Source: Paecilomyces variotii (lineage: Eukaryota). From it: 64,000 bases of DNA. Within the stretch, counting starts at the first letter, position 1, and every line of letters starts with the position of its first letter. The stretch lies in the NCBI GenBank assembly GCA_004022145.1, contig RCNU01000005.1; one strand, written 5' to 3'. The position numbers were made by a program, and so were the translations under genes. This document shows, one piece after another, positions 24,361-36,780 of the stretch. The notes under the pieces were generated by a model. That model did no database searches. It worked only from the letters and a program-made list of their open reading frames with translations, and was not told where the DNA came from.

Positions 24361-25432
24361 ATGTTTGCTAGGCGCTGTTCCCGGCTGGTCGCCACGAAGA
24401 CGGCCGTCCCTTTGACATCCTACCTTTCTAGAGTCGGCAGGCCGTACTCTTCTGCTGCACCAGCTTACGAGAACATCCTGACGGAAACACCAAGGCCAGG
24501 TGTTGGTCTCAGTAAGCATATAGAACCCATAGAAGCTTCTCTAGAAATGAATGTGACAGCAATTGAGTTGCTGACTCGAATTAAGTTACTCTCAACCGTC
24601 CCAAGGCTCTCAATGCCCTCTCCAGCTCCGTTTTCAAGGAGATCAACGATGCACTTTCCAAGTACGAGGAGGACAAGGATATTGGCGCCATCATCATAAC
24701 TGGCAGCGAGAAGGCCTTTGCTGGTATGCTCTCAAGAATATGCCCTTCGTATGCGGCGCATCTGCTAACCCTGGCGTGCTTCCAAAGCCGGTGCCGATAT
24801 CAAGGAAATGGCTCCTCTGACCTTCTCCTCTGCCTTCTCCAACAACTTCATCGCCCCCTGGTCTCATCTGGCAAACAACATTCGCAAGCCGGTTATCGCG
24901 GCTGTTTCTGGCTATGCTTTGGGTGGTGGCTGTGAGCTGGCCCTCATGTGTGACATTATCTACTGCACCTCGAAGGCCACATTTGGCCAGCCAGAGATCA
25001 AGCTGGGTATCATTCCCGGCGGTGGTGGCTCTCAGCGCCTGACACAAGCCGTGGGGAAGAGCAAGGCTATGGAGCTCATCCTGACGGGCAAGAACTTCAG
25101 CGGAAAGGAGGCCGGCGAATGGGGTGTCGCTGCTAAGGTGGTCGACGGTGGAAAGGACGAACTCCTGGAGGAAGCCCTTAAGACTGCCGAGACAATTGCC
25201 AGCTACAGCAAGGTCGCCGTTCTGGCTGCCAAGGAAGTAGTCAACAAGAGCCAGGAGCTCTCTCTCAAGGAAGGTGTTGAGTATGAGAGACGCATCTTCC
25301 ACGCTCTATTTGGCACCAGGGATCAGAAGATCGGTAAGTACATATGCCTTGACTTGGACAATCCGCGGCTAACGAGGCTTAGGAATGACGGCTTTCGCGG
25401 AGAAGAAGAAACCGGAATGGTCAAACGAATAG
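24361..25432 (+). CDS. echA: Mitochondrial enoyl-CoA hydratase, 4 exons
   Basis: Arg-rich presequence [75 protein letters not shown]; end [15 protein letters not shown]. Confidence 0.93.
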
Positions 25433-25673
25433 ACAAACTATGTCTTGACTGGGATCTGTATTGTAGCGCTACATAACAATGTGACGATTCTGATTTGCAT
25501 ACCTTCTCTTCAGGTCAGATCTTTAACGACTTGCCACTTCACACGATCGCCCAGGAGACACCGAAGGTCATAACCCATTGTTGTGCCTAATAATCGACCC
25601 ACGTGACAACAAAGAAGGGTCCCCGGTGTCCCCCATTCACCAGTCCCCATATAATTCCAAGCAAAGATCTCTC

Positions 25674-25897
25674 ATCGAACAGAGGAGCCCTGGTAGTGCA
25701 GTGGAGATAACTCTAGACTACCTGCATTGCACTACCAGAGCTCCTCTGTTCGATCCCCGGAGGGAACCCTCCAGTGACTCCCTCTGGGGATCAGGGGATC
25801 AGTAAAACCCTGCCCGGGCGGGGTTTTCGTAGCACCTTCAGACTGACTACCACCAGAAAACCAGTCTGAGAGTGTGAGCTTTTTGCCTTTTTTTTTT
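25674..25897 (+). ncRNA. Candidate Pol III-transcribed structured RNA (tRNA-derived / milRNA-like)
   Basis: 30-bp hairpin (25674-25703 with 25725-25754); A-box-like TAGTGCAGTGG (25694-25704); B-box-like GTTCGATCC (25748-25756); three more hairpins; T5 and T10 runs at 25880-25897. Confidence 0.5.
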
Positions 25898-26366
25898 CTG
25901 GGAGCTGACATTGTTTGGTGTAGCTCTCGATGTTTTTTTGAGTTTCCTATTTAGGAAGTTGTGATGCGGACAGTGATAACTGCTACTAGCGGACACCCTT
26001 TCCCCACAGTTATTATACTAATGCTACAATCTGACTCCAGTCCACATAGAAGACTGTACCAGCATATAATGATTTAACTGTAATAAGAGAGGCACAGTTA
26101 CGCTACTTCTTAAGTGCCTGTCGAGCATATTATGGTGCAAGAAAGGCATATACCTGGATCGAGACGCAATCCAGCCGTTATTAAAAGCTCATGTCACATT
26201 GATATTGATATTGGGGCTAATCCTTAGAAGAACAAAAAGAAATCAATCACAAAAGCGATCGTAATCCTCTCCTGCACACAATACTAATAATACAGTCAGG
26301 GACATCTTATCAGACCCCAAGGAAATTCCGATCCAAGCAAATTCACATCCACATTCCCTTTTTAAC

Positions 26367-26777
26367 TCAACGGCTCAGTCCCAGAGGGTTCTCAGTAGAC
26401 TGTTCGACCTTCCTATCTTGTCCTTCACCAAGACCGCTGATCGTGTCGTTGGCAGTTTGACCAACGCCCTTGGTCGTGTTTCCTAATCCTTGACTGGCGC
26501 CGCTGACTGTGTTTCCAAGGCCTTGAGTCGCATCTCCAGCCGTCTTGCCTAGGCCACTTACGATACCACCGACAGTGTTCGTGACGCCGCCGACGGTCTT
26601 GCCTAGAGTGTCGGTGATACCGCCTAGGACGGTGGCTGGATCGGTTAGTTTGGTAGTTCGAGGTATACAGGATTGGGAAAAGGGGGTGGCTCAAGGTATT
26701 GTTGTGATAGGAAAGGAGACGCGAATAATAATACACGTACGGTTCTGTTCGCTGTTGTCTCCGCTACCAGATGACAT
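26367..26777 (-). CDS. Small Gly/Thr-rich LEA/hydrophilin-like protein with 11-mer repeats, 2 exons (~100 aa)
   Basis: MSSGSGDNSEQN, then intron GTACGT..CTAAC..CAG, then PTVLGGITDTLGKTVGGVTNTVGGIVSGLGKTAGDATQGLGNTVSGASQGLGNTTKGVGQTANDTISGLGEGQDRKVEQSTENPLGLSR*. The spliced product is absent from the ORF track. Confidence 0.8.
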
Positions 26778-27999
26778 ATTGATAGATTTGTTCGTGACTT
26801 GGATGTATGGAAGCACAAGATAGAGAAGTATCGTGCCACTCAAACGTGGAAAGTAATAGCTTAGGTATATAGTAATCAATTATTCAGTTATAGACACTTG
26901 CACAAGAGTCAAAAAAACAAACAACTCACAAGTCCGTCGAAGATTTAAATATTCATCAATTACCACCTTGTTGACGTTCTGAGCCTGATCTGATGTAGGT
27001 GGTGATCCTGAAAGCTAGAGTACCATACACGCCAAGTATGATATCATCCGCGTTCCATATTTTTCTCCATACAATGACATTTTCAAGCCCACGCCCTCCC
27101 GCCGGCTCCACGAATCATCGCGCGTGCTACCCCATAAGGAACCGATTGGTTTAACAATGATGATGATGCGGCGGCGTTGACACATCCTGCTATGCTTCGT
27201 ATGTTGACATGGGTCTTGGGAGGGGTTGTGGGGGTATCAGTGATGTATAGCTTGCGAGTCCGCTATTATCGAGAGGAGAAGGCGATCTGATAGGAGAACC
27301 GTGAAATATAGTATAGTAGACATTGGGTATGAAGTATGGTATGGCTTTGGTTACGACTTGCCTTATCTGACAGGCATGTGATAGCATCTTTTATGATAGT
27401 AGGTTGGATCCGTAATGTATGGTAGGGTCAATGATTGTTGTGACTATTTAGTACAGGCAATTTATCTTAGTAGTTTTGGCACGGAATAATATATTAACTC
27501 TATGTGCGCAGAGAGATGTCCAGTGTTATCCTTTATGCTTCCATATAGAGTGTAGTTTATTGAAAATGTCAAGAAATAATAATAAGAAAACAATGGGTCG
27601 TTCTGATTTATCATGTAAATGTCACTGGATAACTGATCGCAGTAGTCCGACTGTCCGAGAGTCTGCTTGTTTGAATTTCATCATTGATCTACAGCTCTGG
27701 ACTGTCGCTCTGTTTCTTTAGAGAAGACCGGCTTACCCGCAAAACACGACAACATAATACTTAGTGGAGAATAGAAATCTTTCTACAACTGAAAGAATGA
27801 ACCAAGAATTGAAATTAAAATTCCTAATGGGAATGCAACTGCAGAACTCAGTTCAATAACGCAACGCCCCAGGACATCCATATACACGCCAAACTCCAAT
27901 ACAATATGACACCAGCAGCCCTCGCCCATCGCGCGTATAAGACTGGGATTGTCTGGCCTGACACCAAAGGATGACCCGAGTAATTATCTCTTTGCGCAA

Positions 28000-29950
28000 C
28001 TTCTGTCGCCATGGACCAGGTTCAACCTTCTCTTTGCTCGTTATATGAGTGGATCTCTCTGGAGTGCCATTCGTCCTGAAGAAATCTTGTCAACCAAGGA
28101 CTCGACCTAACGGATATGTGTGAACAGGTTGGGAGTGTCGTGATTTTGGTTTTATTGCCATATTTGCGAGAAGCATTCCGTGAAGCCATAACGTAGTTGC
28201 TACCATTTGTACTGCGTTTGTCAATGATGGCCAAAAGACGAGTCAACCTTGATCGTAGGAAGCCAATAACTCTGCAACTCCGCATGTTAACTTTGGAGTA
28301 TTTGATCTGACAGTAGCTGACCAAAACGACAGTGGAAAGTGACTCAGCTATATTTGGAAGTGATAATGCAATGTCCCTGAAACCAGCTGACGAGTATGTA
28401 AGCAAAGCAGCATATAAGCAGAAACAATCTAGTCAGTCAAGTATGCCAATCTTGAGTTTGTTATTGTCCCACAAAGTGGCGCCTGGATCGAGTTTGTAGG
28501 TAATACCGGTGGCTATTTCCGTAGGTTACAGAAACCGTGGCCGATAATGGATCACAGAAGCACCACACCTAAGTAAAAAGTTAGCACTGCTCCTTCTCCA
28601 TTAGTGCATATAGATCGATGACTCGGAATCGGAAATATGCCTGTGCCCAGGGTGGTTTGGCGGTACTTCGGACGGAAATGACAAGTATATTCGGTAGGAA
28701 TAATCCCAATCAGGCAGGCATGTTGATCGTATAGACTTCCGAGATCTGCCCCGATAGTGACTGCTTGAGATGTCTCTGTATCCTTTCTATGGCCTGTGAA
28801 TCGTAGTATCCTCGAGTGTGTCGCTCACTATAAGTTAGGAAGGCATGAACGCGGAATCTGGATCATAAGCATCGTTCTTTTGTCAGTGTTTATCTTCCTT
28901 TTGTTCATCCTCCTTCTATTGTATCCTCACGTAACAGAGCCGATCTGTATAGCCATCATCTTGTCTTTCTCTTTTATAATTTTGAAGACAGAATCTTGAC
29001 CAGCTTCTGGATAGCCCAAGGTATTAATAAACTCATGCACTCTCCATGAACTTCAAAAGAGCGGTCTCTCATCTTTATATCCACATACGATCAGCAGAAT
29101 CGACAGGCCAGACCATAGCAATGCTTTCGAGGTGAGAACGCTATGGATGCTGATACTTATGACTTTCTCCTAGGCTTTCTTGAAATCGGGTCAGTTTCTC
29201 GACGTTACGGCCACAAGTAACTTCAATATACCAACCATAATCACGGACACCGAGCAAAAGATACACTTGGATGCTCCTCCGGATCTTTTCGCAGGAAAGT
29301 CATCCTTTATACCCGTACTTCTTAATGACCACAACCTCACACGTTCCTCTATTAGCCAAAGATGCCGAGTCTTGAGACCTGCCAGTAAGGAACGACCCCC
29401 GGGTACTGCTCCGGACCTTGTCAAAACCACAGAGAGATATGAGTTTAGCGTTCACCTCTCCTTTCAGAAACGAGACATTCATCATTAAAGCAAGGATTTA
29501 CACTTTTGTTCCCGAAGAATCGTGCGAAGACATCCTCCTATGTGGATAAAAACAGGGTCTTGTGAGCTCAGCGTTTGCTGACTCCTTGTCCTCTTCAGAA
29601 ATTATGACCGATTCTATCATCAAGGCAAGGGATTCCCAGTTGTTACGATCTGAGGCCTTGGCCTGCGATGAGAGACTCTGGTTGTGATGCTCAGTCCATG
29701 TGGCTAACCCCCTGCCTTTCAGAAAATCTAGATATTCTCATCATCGAGGCAAGTGATTCCCTTGTTGCGACCTGAGGCTGCGGCCAGTGATGACAGACAC
29801 CGGGTATGATGCTCAGTCCATGTGTCTGACCTTTTGCAGGTGGTCCACACCTCTCGGAGATGAAACAAGTTAGTTGATCAATGTCTGAATTACCTGCCTT
29901 AGAGGGTTCAATAGCCTGCAGTGTATATAGGTTATATTTATCGCTTACCT
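28000..29950 (-). pseudogene. Probable decayed gene of unknown (possibly kinase-like) fungal family
   Basis: Protein-like fragments in changing frames (KLISLCGFDKVRSSTRGSFLTGRSQDSASL..EVVVIKKYGY; DPGATLWDNNKLKIGILD; YRDISS) interrupted by stops. No long ORF. Confidence 0.35.
29594..29826. repeat. Degenerate tandem direct repeat, ~121-124 bp unit, 2 copies
   Basis: TTCAGAAA..CATC(A/G)AGGCAAG.GATTCCC..TTGTT.CGA.CTGAGGC..GATGCTCAGTCCATGTG occurs starting at 29594 and again at 29718. Confidence 0.8.
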
Positions 29951-31882
29951 TGTTCGCGAAACAACCGAGAAAAACCGTAGGAGATCTCTTCTCCAATCGG
30001 GGAAGAGTGAAGTGATAGATTCAGTCACAGACGCGTCCGGCTGGTTGATAAGCCTGACCACATAGGCGCGGTGTGAATACTTGGGTTATGTAGTTAGCAG
30101 TCAAGTGATGCCTGGGAAAACCGACACCCACTTTTAGAAGTGTTAATCCAATTTTGGTGAGTCGCCAAACCCTGTTTAATTATTGAATGTGAAATCTTCA
30201 TAACATTTTACATCATTTACCGTATGACTCTTAGAATAATCTTTATCTGCGGCATCATCTCCAGGCTGCCTTCTCACTGTTAACTATTCCTCGGTTCCAC
30301 AACTACTAGCCAGAGATATAGCTTTGGTGGTAGAAGTTAGTCCAGACCAGGATACCGATTACCTTGATCTCAACGTAGTGCAACTATTGAGGGCGCCTAA
30401 TTGCCTGCTAATAGTGCCGCGTCTCATTGATTAACTCCTACGCGGTAAGTCTCACGGAGAAAAAGTGCTTTGTGAGACAGAAGACAGGACGGATCTGACG
30501 GTCCCGAATAGCAAATCCATCGGAATTACAGTCCCTTTAGGGGCACTGTGCGCGATTCAAACTTTCTAGAATCACTCGCACGCCCAGATAGTAGCAGATA
30601 ACAGCAGCTAGCAGTTCGATCTAGACAATTCCCCAGTCAGGAAATAGGATGCGAACTCGGCCGTAGCTCATCCGGTCTGGCATGATTTATCGGGCTGCAA
30701 AGGAACACGGCCAGAAAAGTCGGAGGAATCTGTGCTAATACTGGAAACCAACATTGGAAATCAACATTGGGATTAACAATGCATTCGAACCCCCTTAACT
30801 ATCTGTTTTTCGGGGGAGCATTGACCGGTCTGCGGGCCCAGACGTGTTTATCGAGCCAGGTATGGCAATATGTTTGTAATATGTAGTTCTAAGAATGGCG
30901 TAGGAGAAGAGGGGATGATCGAATAAGATCCTGCGATTCGGTGAATAATCCAAAGGAAACGGTGGGAAGCTTGCTTGATTACCAACTGGCAACGAGCAGG
31001 CCTATCGGCTATCGCTGACCTATATCACGTGACACAATAGCGCGTCCAACATAATCCATCTAACATCGACTGCGGTCCAGACCATGAGTTTCTGGCCGTG
31101 ATGTTCGAGCCTGCTAGAGCTGACAAACGGAGATCTCGCAAGACCCGGTTGGAGAGATGATAGATAGAATGCTCGTGACATGTGTTGCGTCAAGGACATT
31201 GGAGAAACTTCCCCGCAGACTTGATGGGACCAACCCCGGCATTGTATGTACAGTACATATGCATTGTGTTGTATTGGAAAGCTGGAGAAATCGTGTACGT
31301 GGATAGATACATATCTTACAGTCGAACAGTACATATCTTATTGGGAGTTTGTATCCACTGTTGTGCGGGGTAGAGATTCGGGCCTCGAGGCGGAGACCAA
31401 GTCGGAACCGCAGAGAATAATGCTGATGAATGAATGAATGAATTAGCAGTGCATTCTAGATCCATACGGGTAAAGAAGCTGGGGAAAACGTCATACTTAG
31501 GGATGAACCTCTCCTAGCTGGATCGATTTGATGACAACCGAGGTCTGATGAGCGCTGGCCTAGACAAAAACACACGGCCCCACGGGAGCTATTGGTATGT
31601 TGACATGGATGATGAATCCCCATAACAGGATGATTCTGATTTCGTTCCCCAGACCGTTAGTCTCGTGGTGTCTGATAGATGGATCGAGAATGGCTTTCTC
31701 CCAAGCTGATAAATCTCTCCAACGGCGCACTTCCGTGTCCAGAGGGCGGTATATAATCTCCTTTCGTCTTCTATCTGCTGCTCATCGTAGACTCAACCCT
31801 GCATCTCCCTGCTGACAATTGAGCAACTGTATCCATTATACGAACTGTTTTCTGTATCATACTGCGATATTGAACCGCCATC

Positions 31883-33615
31883 ATGGGTAAAGACGATGAG
31901 CCAAGTATGAACCCAGGCACCTATTTGCCCATTTCCATAGCTGGCAGCTGGTACATATCTTTGGAGATCTGGATAAGTAACTGACGATGACTTCCTTTCT
32001 TCCAGAGACCTACCGCTACAATGAGAACCCGACCTACACTACGTCCAATGGCTGCCCGGTGAGTCTATTCGACCGATCACGGCAACGTTGAAGTTCTTAA
32101 AGCGTACTAATGTGCCCGTATAGGTCATGGACCCAGAAGCTTCATTGCGGGTTGGTGCAAATGGACCCCTTCTGCTCCAGGACTTCCACTTGATCGACCT
32201 GCTAGCACACTTCGATCGAGAGAGAATCCCGGAGCGGGTTGTTCATGCAAAGGGTGCTGGAGCTTATGGAGAGTTTGAAGTCACAGACGACATCAGTGAC
32301 ATTGTATGTTTTCCACTTTGAATCTACAACTTGCACAGCGGCTAACATGAGGAATCAGACTACTATTGACATGCTCAAGGGTGTTGGAAAGAAGACCAAG
32401 TTGGTCTCACGGTTCTCTACAGTCGGTGGGGAGAAGGGTTCAGCAGACAGTGCTCGTGATCCTCGCGGTTTCTCACTCAAGTTCTATACAGAGGAAGGTA
32501 ACTGGGACTGGGTATTCAACAACACTCCAGTGTTTTTTGTCCGTGACCCATCCAAGTTCCCTATCTTCATCCACACTCAAAAGAGGAACCCTCAGACCAA
32601 TCTGAAAGATGCTACTATGTTCTGGGACTATTTGTCAACCCATCAGGAGTCTGTTCATCAGGTCATGCATCTGTTCAGTGACCGCGGTACTCCATACTCC
32701 TATCGCCACATGAACGGCTACTCTGGGCATACCTACAAGTGGATAAAGCCAGATGGAACCTTCAACTATGTCCAGATTCACTGCAAGACCGACCAGGGAA
32801 GCAAGACCTTCACCAATGAAGAGGCTGGCAAGCTCGCCTCAGAGAATCCTGACTGGCATACGGAAGATCTCTTCAACGCCATCGAGAAGGGCGAATACCC
32901 TTCCTGGACCTGTTATGTCCAGGTCCTCAGCCCTGAGCAGGCTGAAAAGTTCCGTTGGAACATATTTGATCTAACCAAGGTCTGGCCACAGAGCGAGGTT
33001 CCGCTGCGTCGCTTCGGCCGATTTACCCTGAACAAGAACCCGCAGAACTACTTTGCCGAAATCGAACAGGCAGCCTTCTCACCTTCGCACATGGTTCCTG
33101 GCGTGGAGGCTTCTGCCGATCCAGTGCTGCAATCCCGTCTATTCTCCTACCCAGATACGCACCGTCACCGCTTGGGAGTCAATTATCAGCAAATCCCGGT
33201 CAACTGTCCTCTCCGTGCCTTCAACCCCTACCAGCGTGATGGTGCCATGACTGTCAACGGCAACTATGGCGCGAATCCTAACTACCCATCAACTTTCCGT
33301 CCGTTGACCTTCCGTCCTGTCAAAGCCAGCCAGGAGCACGAGAAATGGGCCGGTGCAGCAGTCGCCAGGCAAATCCCCGTCACGGACGAGGACTTCGTCC
33401 AGGCCAACGGCCTCTGGCAGGTCCTGGGCCGTCAGCGTGGACAGCAGGACAACTTTGTCAACAACGTGGCTAGTCATCTGTGCAACGCTCACGAGAGAGT
33501 CCGTAAGCAGACTTACGGAATGTTCACCCGCGTCAACAAGGATCTCGGTGCACGAATCGAGAAAGCTACCGAGGCCAATGTCAAGAAACAGTCTCACATC
33601 CCCGCGCGTCTGTAG
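31883..33615 (+). CDS. catC: Small-subunit monofunctional catalase with PTS1 (ARL), 4 exons
   Basis: [61 protein letters not shown]; heme ligand motif [18 protein letters not shown]-terminal ARL*. Confidence 0.95.
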
Positions 33616-33681
33616 ATACTATGAGCAAACAATAAAACTGGAATATTCATACAGCGCTGAGCAACCCTACCGGTCTCGCCC

Positions 33682-34341
33682 TCAGTACACCCCATCCTGG
33701 ACCTCATTTGAGGCATCTTCCATGTACATCCCATCGCCCAAAGACGTCCATAGCCGTATTAGATTAAAGACTGAACAATTCATCCACCCTTCAAAATTAG
33801 TCTTCTCTCCCTCTTCAAGTTCTGGAAATGCCTCCACAGCTGGAACAAACCATTTCCGCAGCTCTGCATAACAGCGCTCCCCATGCTTCTCCCGATGCTC
33901 CTCTGGCATCATTGCCTCGCCCAGTCGTTTGACAGCCACCTCATCCATCACCAAGCACGCGCGATACTTGTTCCATGCATCTTGCTTATCTTGAGCTTCT
34001 ACCCAGCCTTCAAAATGCCTCCGCACTGCGTCAAACGAAGCCTCGTTCAGCATGGCTGGCTCCTCGATCACGGTCAGCTGGTGGCGCGCCCAGAGCTGAT
34101 CGTTGGGCGTGGGATCCGGGTTTTCCAAGCCGTACTCGTGAAGATCTTCGTAGACTCCCGCCTTGATCCAGGAAGTGAGGATTTCGATTGCTTTGTGGAA
34201 CGCGGGGTCGGAGCGGTAGGTTGTGCGGTAGACGACCCAGCCCCAGGTCTTTTCGCGCATGTCCTGGAGCATGCGACGGGAGTTGCGGTTGAAGTCGATA
34301 GATTTTATGGTCGCTTCGTCGAGTTGAGCCGGTCCGAACAT
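33682..34341 (-). CDS. Hypothetical fungal protein (WGWVVYRTTY-motif family)
   Basis: 219-aa ATG-started ORF with WGWVVYRTTY..LNEASFDAVRRHFEGW..YRACLVMD, a pattern I recognise from uncharacterised ascomycete proteins. Confidence 0.7.
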   Translation of the reverse strand: MFGPAQLDEATIKSIDFNRNSRRMLQDMREKTWGWVVYRTTYRSDPAFHKAIEILTSWIKAGVYEDLHEYGLENPDPTPNDQLWARHQLTVIEEPAMLNEASFDAVRRHFEGWVEAQDKQDAWNKYRACLVMDEVAVKRLGEAMMPEEHREKHGERCYAELRKWFVPAVEAFPELEEGEKTNFEGWMNCSVFNLIRLWTSLGDGMYMEDASNEVQDGVY

Positions 34342-35204
34342 GATGGATAATTGTTCAAGAGATGTGTATTGGGAAGAGAGAGATAGAGAGATTGAGAGTG
34401 TATGTGTTTGAGAAAGATCTGGGAGAATGATTTAACAGAGCAGGAAACAGTGTCTCCTTAGTGTTGAGCAAGCCTGGATGTCTATATATGTAGGGGAAAC
34501 AATGATGTTAAACTTGCAAATATACCATGCAACCAGGCTTTCGAACCACATTGTTTACTGGTGCCATTCATTTATGCAGTGTAGATCCTCCGCACGGCTA
34601 AGCTTACATGAGTAGCAGAAGGCCCCATCCATGGGGACATCCTATCATTAGTAGGTTCGCAGACTACAAACAGTAGTTTCGAGCATATCGTGGATAATAT
34701 CAGAGAGCCGCCCTGCGTTATGGAATGAACGGAAATAGGAGAATTTCTGAAGTAGTCTTGCATTTATAATAATGTACACACCGCGAGAAATTGACCCAAC
34801 CGCAATCAATGCCGGTGTCCACTTTGAACGCCAAACGCTTGTGCTACCCGCCATCCCCGGTGAAATCGACTTCGTAAGACAAGTAAGAAAGACAGATCCC
34901 ATTATATCAGCTTTATCGTCTCGAAGAGCTTGCAACGGAGGAAGTTTTCGATTTATATCTCAACATTTACAAGGACGAAAGTAGAAAAAAGAGAAAAAGA
35001 GAAAGCAGGATGTAACCATGTCGAAAATGCAGTGGATTTCCGATCCGCTTATGGTATCGCATGAGTCAAGAGATGGAATAATGTTGAGGCCGGAGACGGC
35101 TCAAGATGATTGATTCAATGGATCCCATTTTAGAATGGGGGAGGCGCCTGAGTATAGCGCTATATTCGGCCTAATAATTCATCGACAAGACGACGGGGAC
35201 AGTA

Positions 35205-36780
35205 TCAATCCTCGTTCATATCCTCGTCTTCCGGTTCTGACTGCCTCTCTTCACTTCGTTCGCGGTCAGACGCCCTCTCTTCCTTCTCGCCCTTCTCCTC
35301 ACCAGCAGGTTCATTTTCACCAGCAGGTTCCTCTGGAGGTGGCGGCAGGGTTTTTGCGAATACGGGGTCGATCGCTGCCCGGTGCAAAGAGCGTTTGTAG
35401 ACTTCAGCCTCATCAGGATCACGCACAACAACCTGGATTTGATCGACCTGATCCTCCTTCGCCTTAGGACGAGTTGGCGCCAGACCAGCCTGGGCGATAG
35501 TACGAGCACGCTCAGGCTTAAGCCGAGTTTTACCCAATATCGGGTAGTAATAGGCTCCTTTCTGAGTGAGGCGTGTGCTGCCCTGGTCAGACACTTCTGA
35601 CGGATCGAATAGCGTGAGTGCAATGTCGCGTTGCTTTTGCTCTGTACTAAGGGTTTGGCTGCTGGTAGCATAGGTGCGAACCCGATCATAGCGGTGAAAC
35701 TTTTGCTTGTCGGGCCCTTCATGTGTGTAATTCTCCTCATTATCGCGGTCTGGGTTGGATATTTTGAGACTGTTCTTGATCTTTTTCGCAGCCCCTTTCT
35801 TCTCTGGTAGGAAAAGATCATAATCCCACGGGATAGGACCAGGATCGGGGTACAGATTAGGATTGGCCTTGTGTAGGGCCGTTTTAGTCGCGTGCTCCTG
35901 GCAGACTCTTTCCTCTGGCGCCGAAGGCACGAGGATGGCGACATCCATGCGTTCATCTCGCCTTCCTGAGATCCCTTGTAGGGGTGCCTTATCAAACTTG
36001 AACTGGACGAATCCACCAGGATCGGGGAAGCCTTGCAAATCTGGGAGCACAGGTAAGAAGCCTGTAGGCTTGAGTTTGGGGTTGTCAGGATGCGTTGGAT
36101 GAGCCCATGCATCAAGCTCTGCTTTCGTCGGCGTATGTCCCTTGATTCTGCTCGGAGTGTCTTCGCCGGTGTGCTTGCTCTGAGGATATGCAATATCGAA
36201 TCCCTTCTGGATGTATTTCTTGATATATGTGGGATCATCACGGGAAACATTTGTCTTCTCTGGCTGGTTGCGTGGCTTGGGTCTGATGGGGGTTGTCCTC
36301 ACGCTTCCCGTGCTCACTTGGCCAGCGGAGATGTACTGTGTGCGACGCAGGAAACTGACATTCGTGTTCTTAGGAGCTGGGTTTTTGAGTTGATCCAAAG
36401 TCGTCAAGAGGGCTAGATCGGCTGGATCTACAGGAGGAGGATTCTCCGGCGCCATAATAGCTATGACGAACAAATTAGACTCGGGGATCGAGTTCTGGCG
36501 CTGCAAGGACCTTACCGCTCTCATCACCTAAATGGAGACCTGGGATCCCCACTAGATCAATTGGCATACCACCTTCTGCGTCCACGTCTATGTTTAGCTC
36601 CTCGCGCCTTGCCATGTTTGAAGCAAAACCTGGAGTAAGGAAGCGCTCCAATCCCTCATGTGGGATGTCAAGGAACTTTGGTGGCATATCGGGAGGAGGA
36701 AGATCATTTCGGTATCGCAAAGAGGCGATGTACTCCTGGTGAAAGCCCTCGGAAGGGCGGCCATCCTTAGGCTTCGACAT
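35205..36780 (-). CDS. PAF1: RNA polymerase II-associated factor Paf1, 2 exons
   Basis: HQEYIASLRYRNDLPPPDMPPKFL..DAEGGMPIDLVG..VSFLRRTQYIS..HPDNPKLKP..PVLPD. Intron at ~36461-36515. Confidence 0.92.

Noticed and set aside
25687-25766. A bona fide tRNA gene
   Set aside because: A- and B-box-like motifs are present, but I cannot form acceptor, anticodon and T stems; the long hairpin dominates. Kept only as a tRNA-derived ncRNA candidate.
8817-33615. Uricase (AKL) and catalase (ARL) as a peroxisomal H2O2 gene cluster
   Set aside because: They are ~22 kb apart with unrelated genes between them, so there is no evidence of functional clustering.
35216-36250. 344-aa alternative-frame ORF overlapping PAF1, and other antisense or shifted ORFs in the track
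   Set aside because: These have no recognisable domains and are expected shadows of GC-balanced coding sequence.
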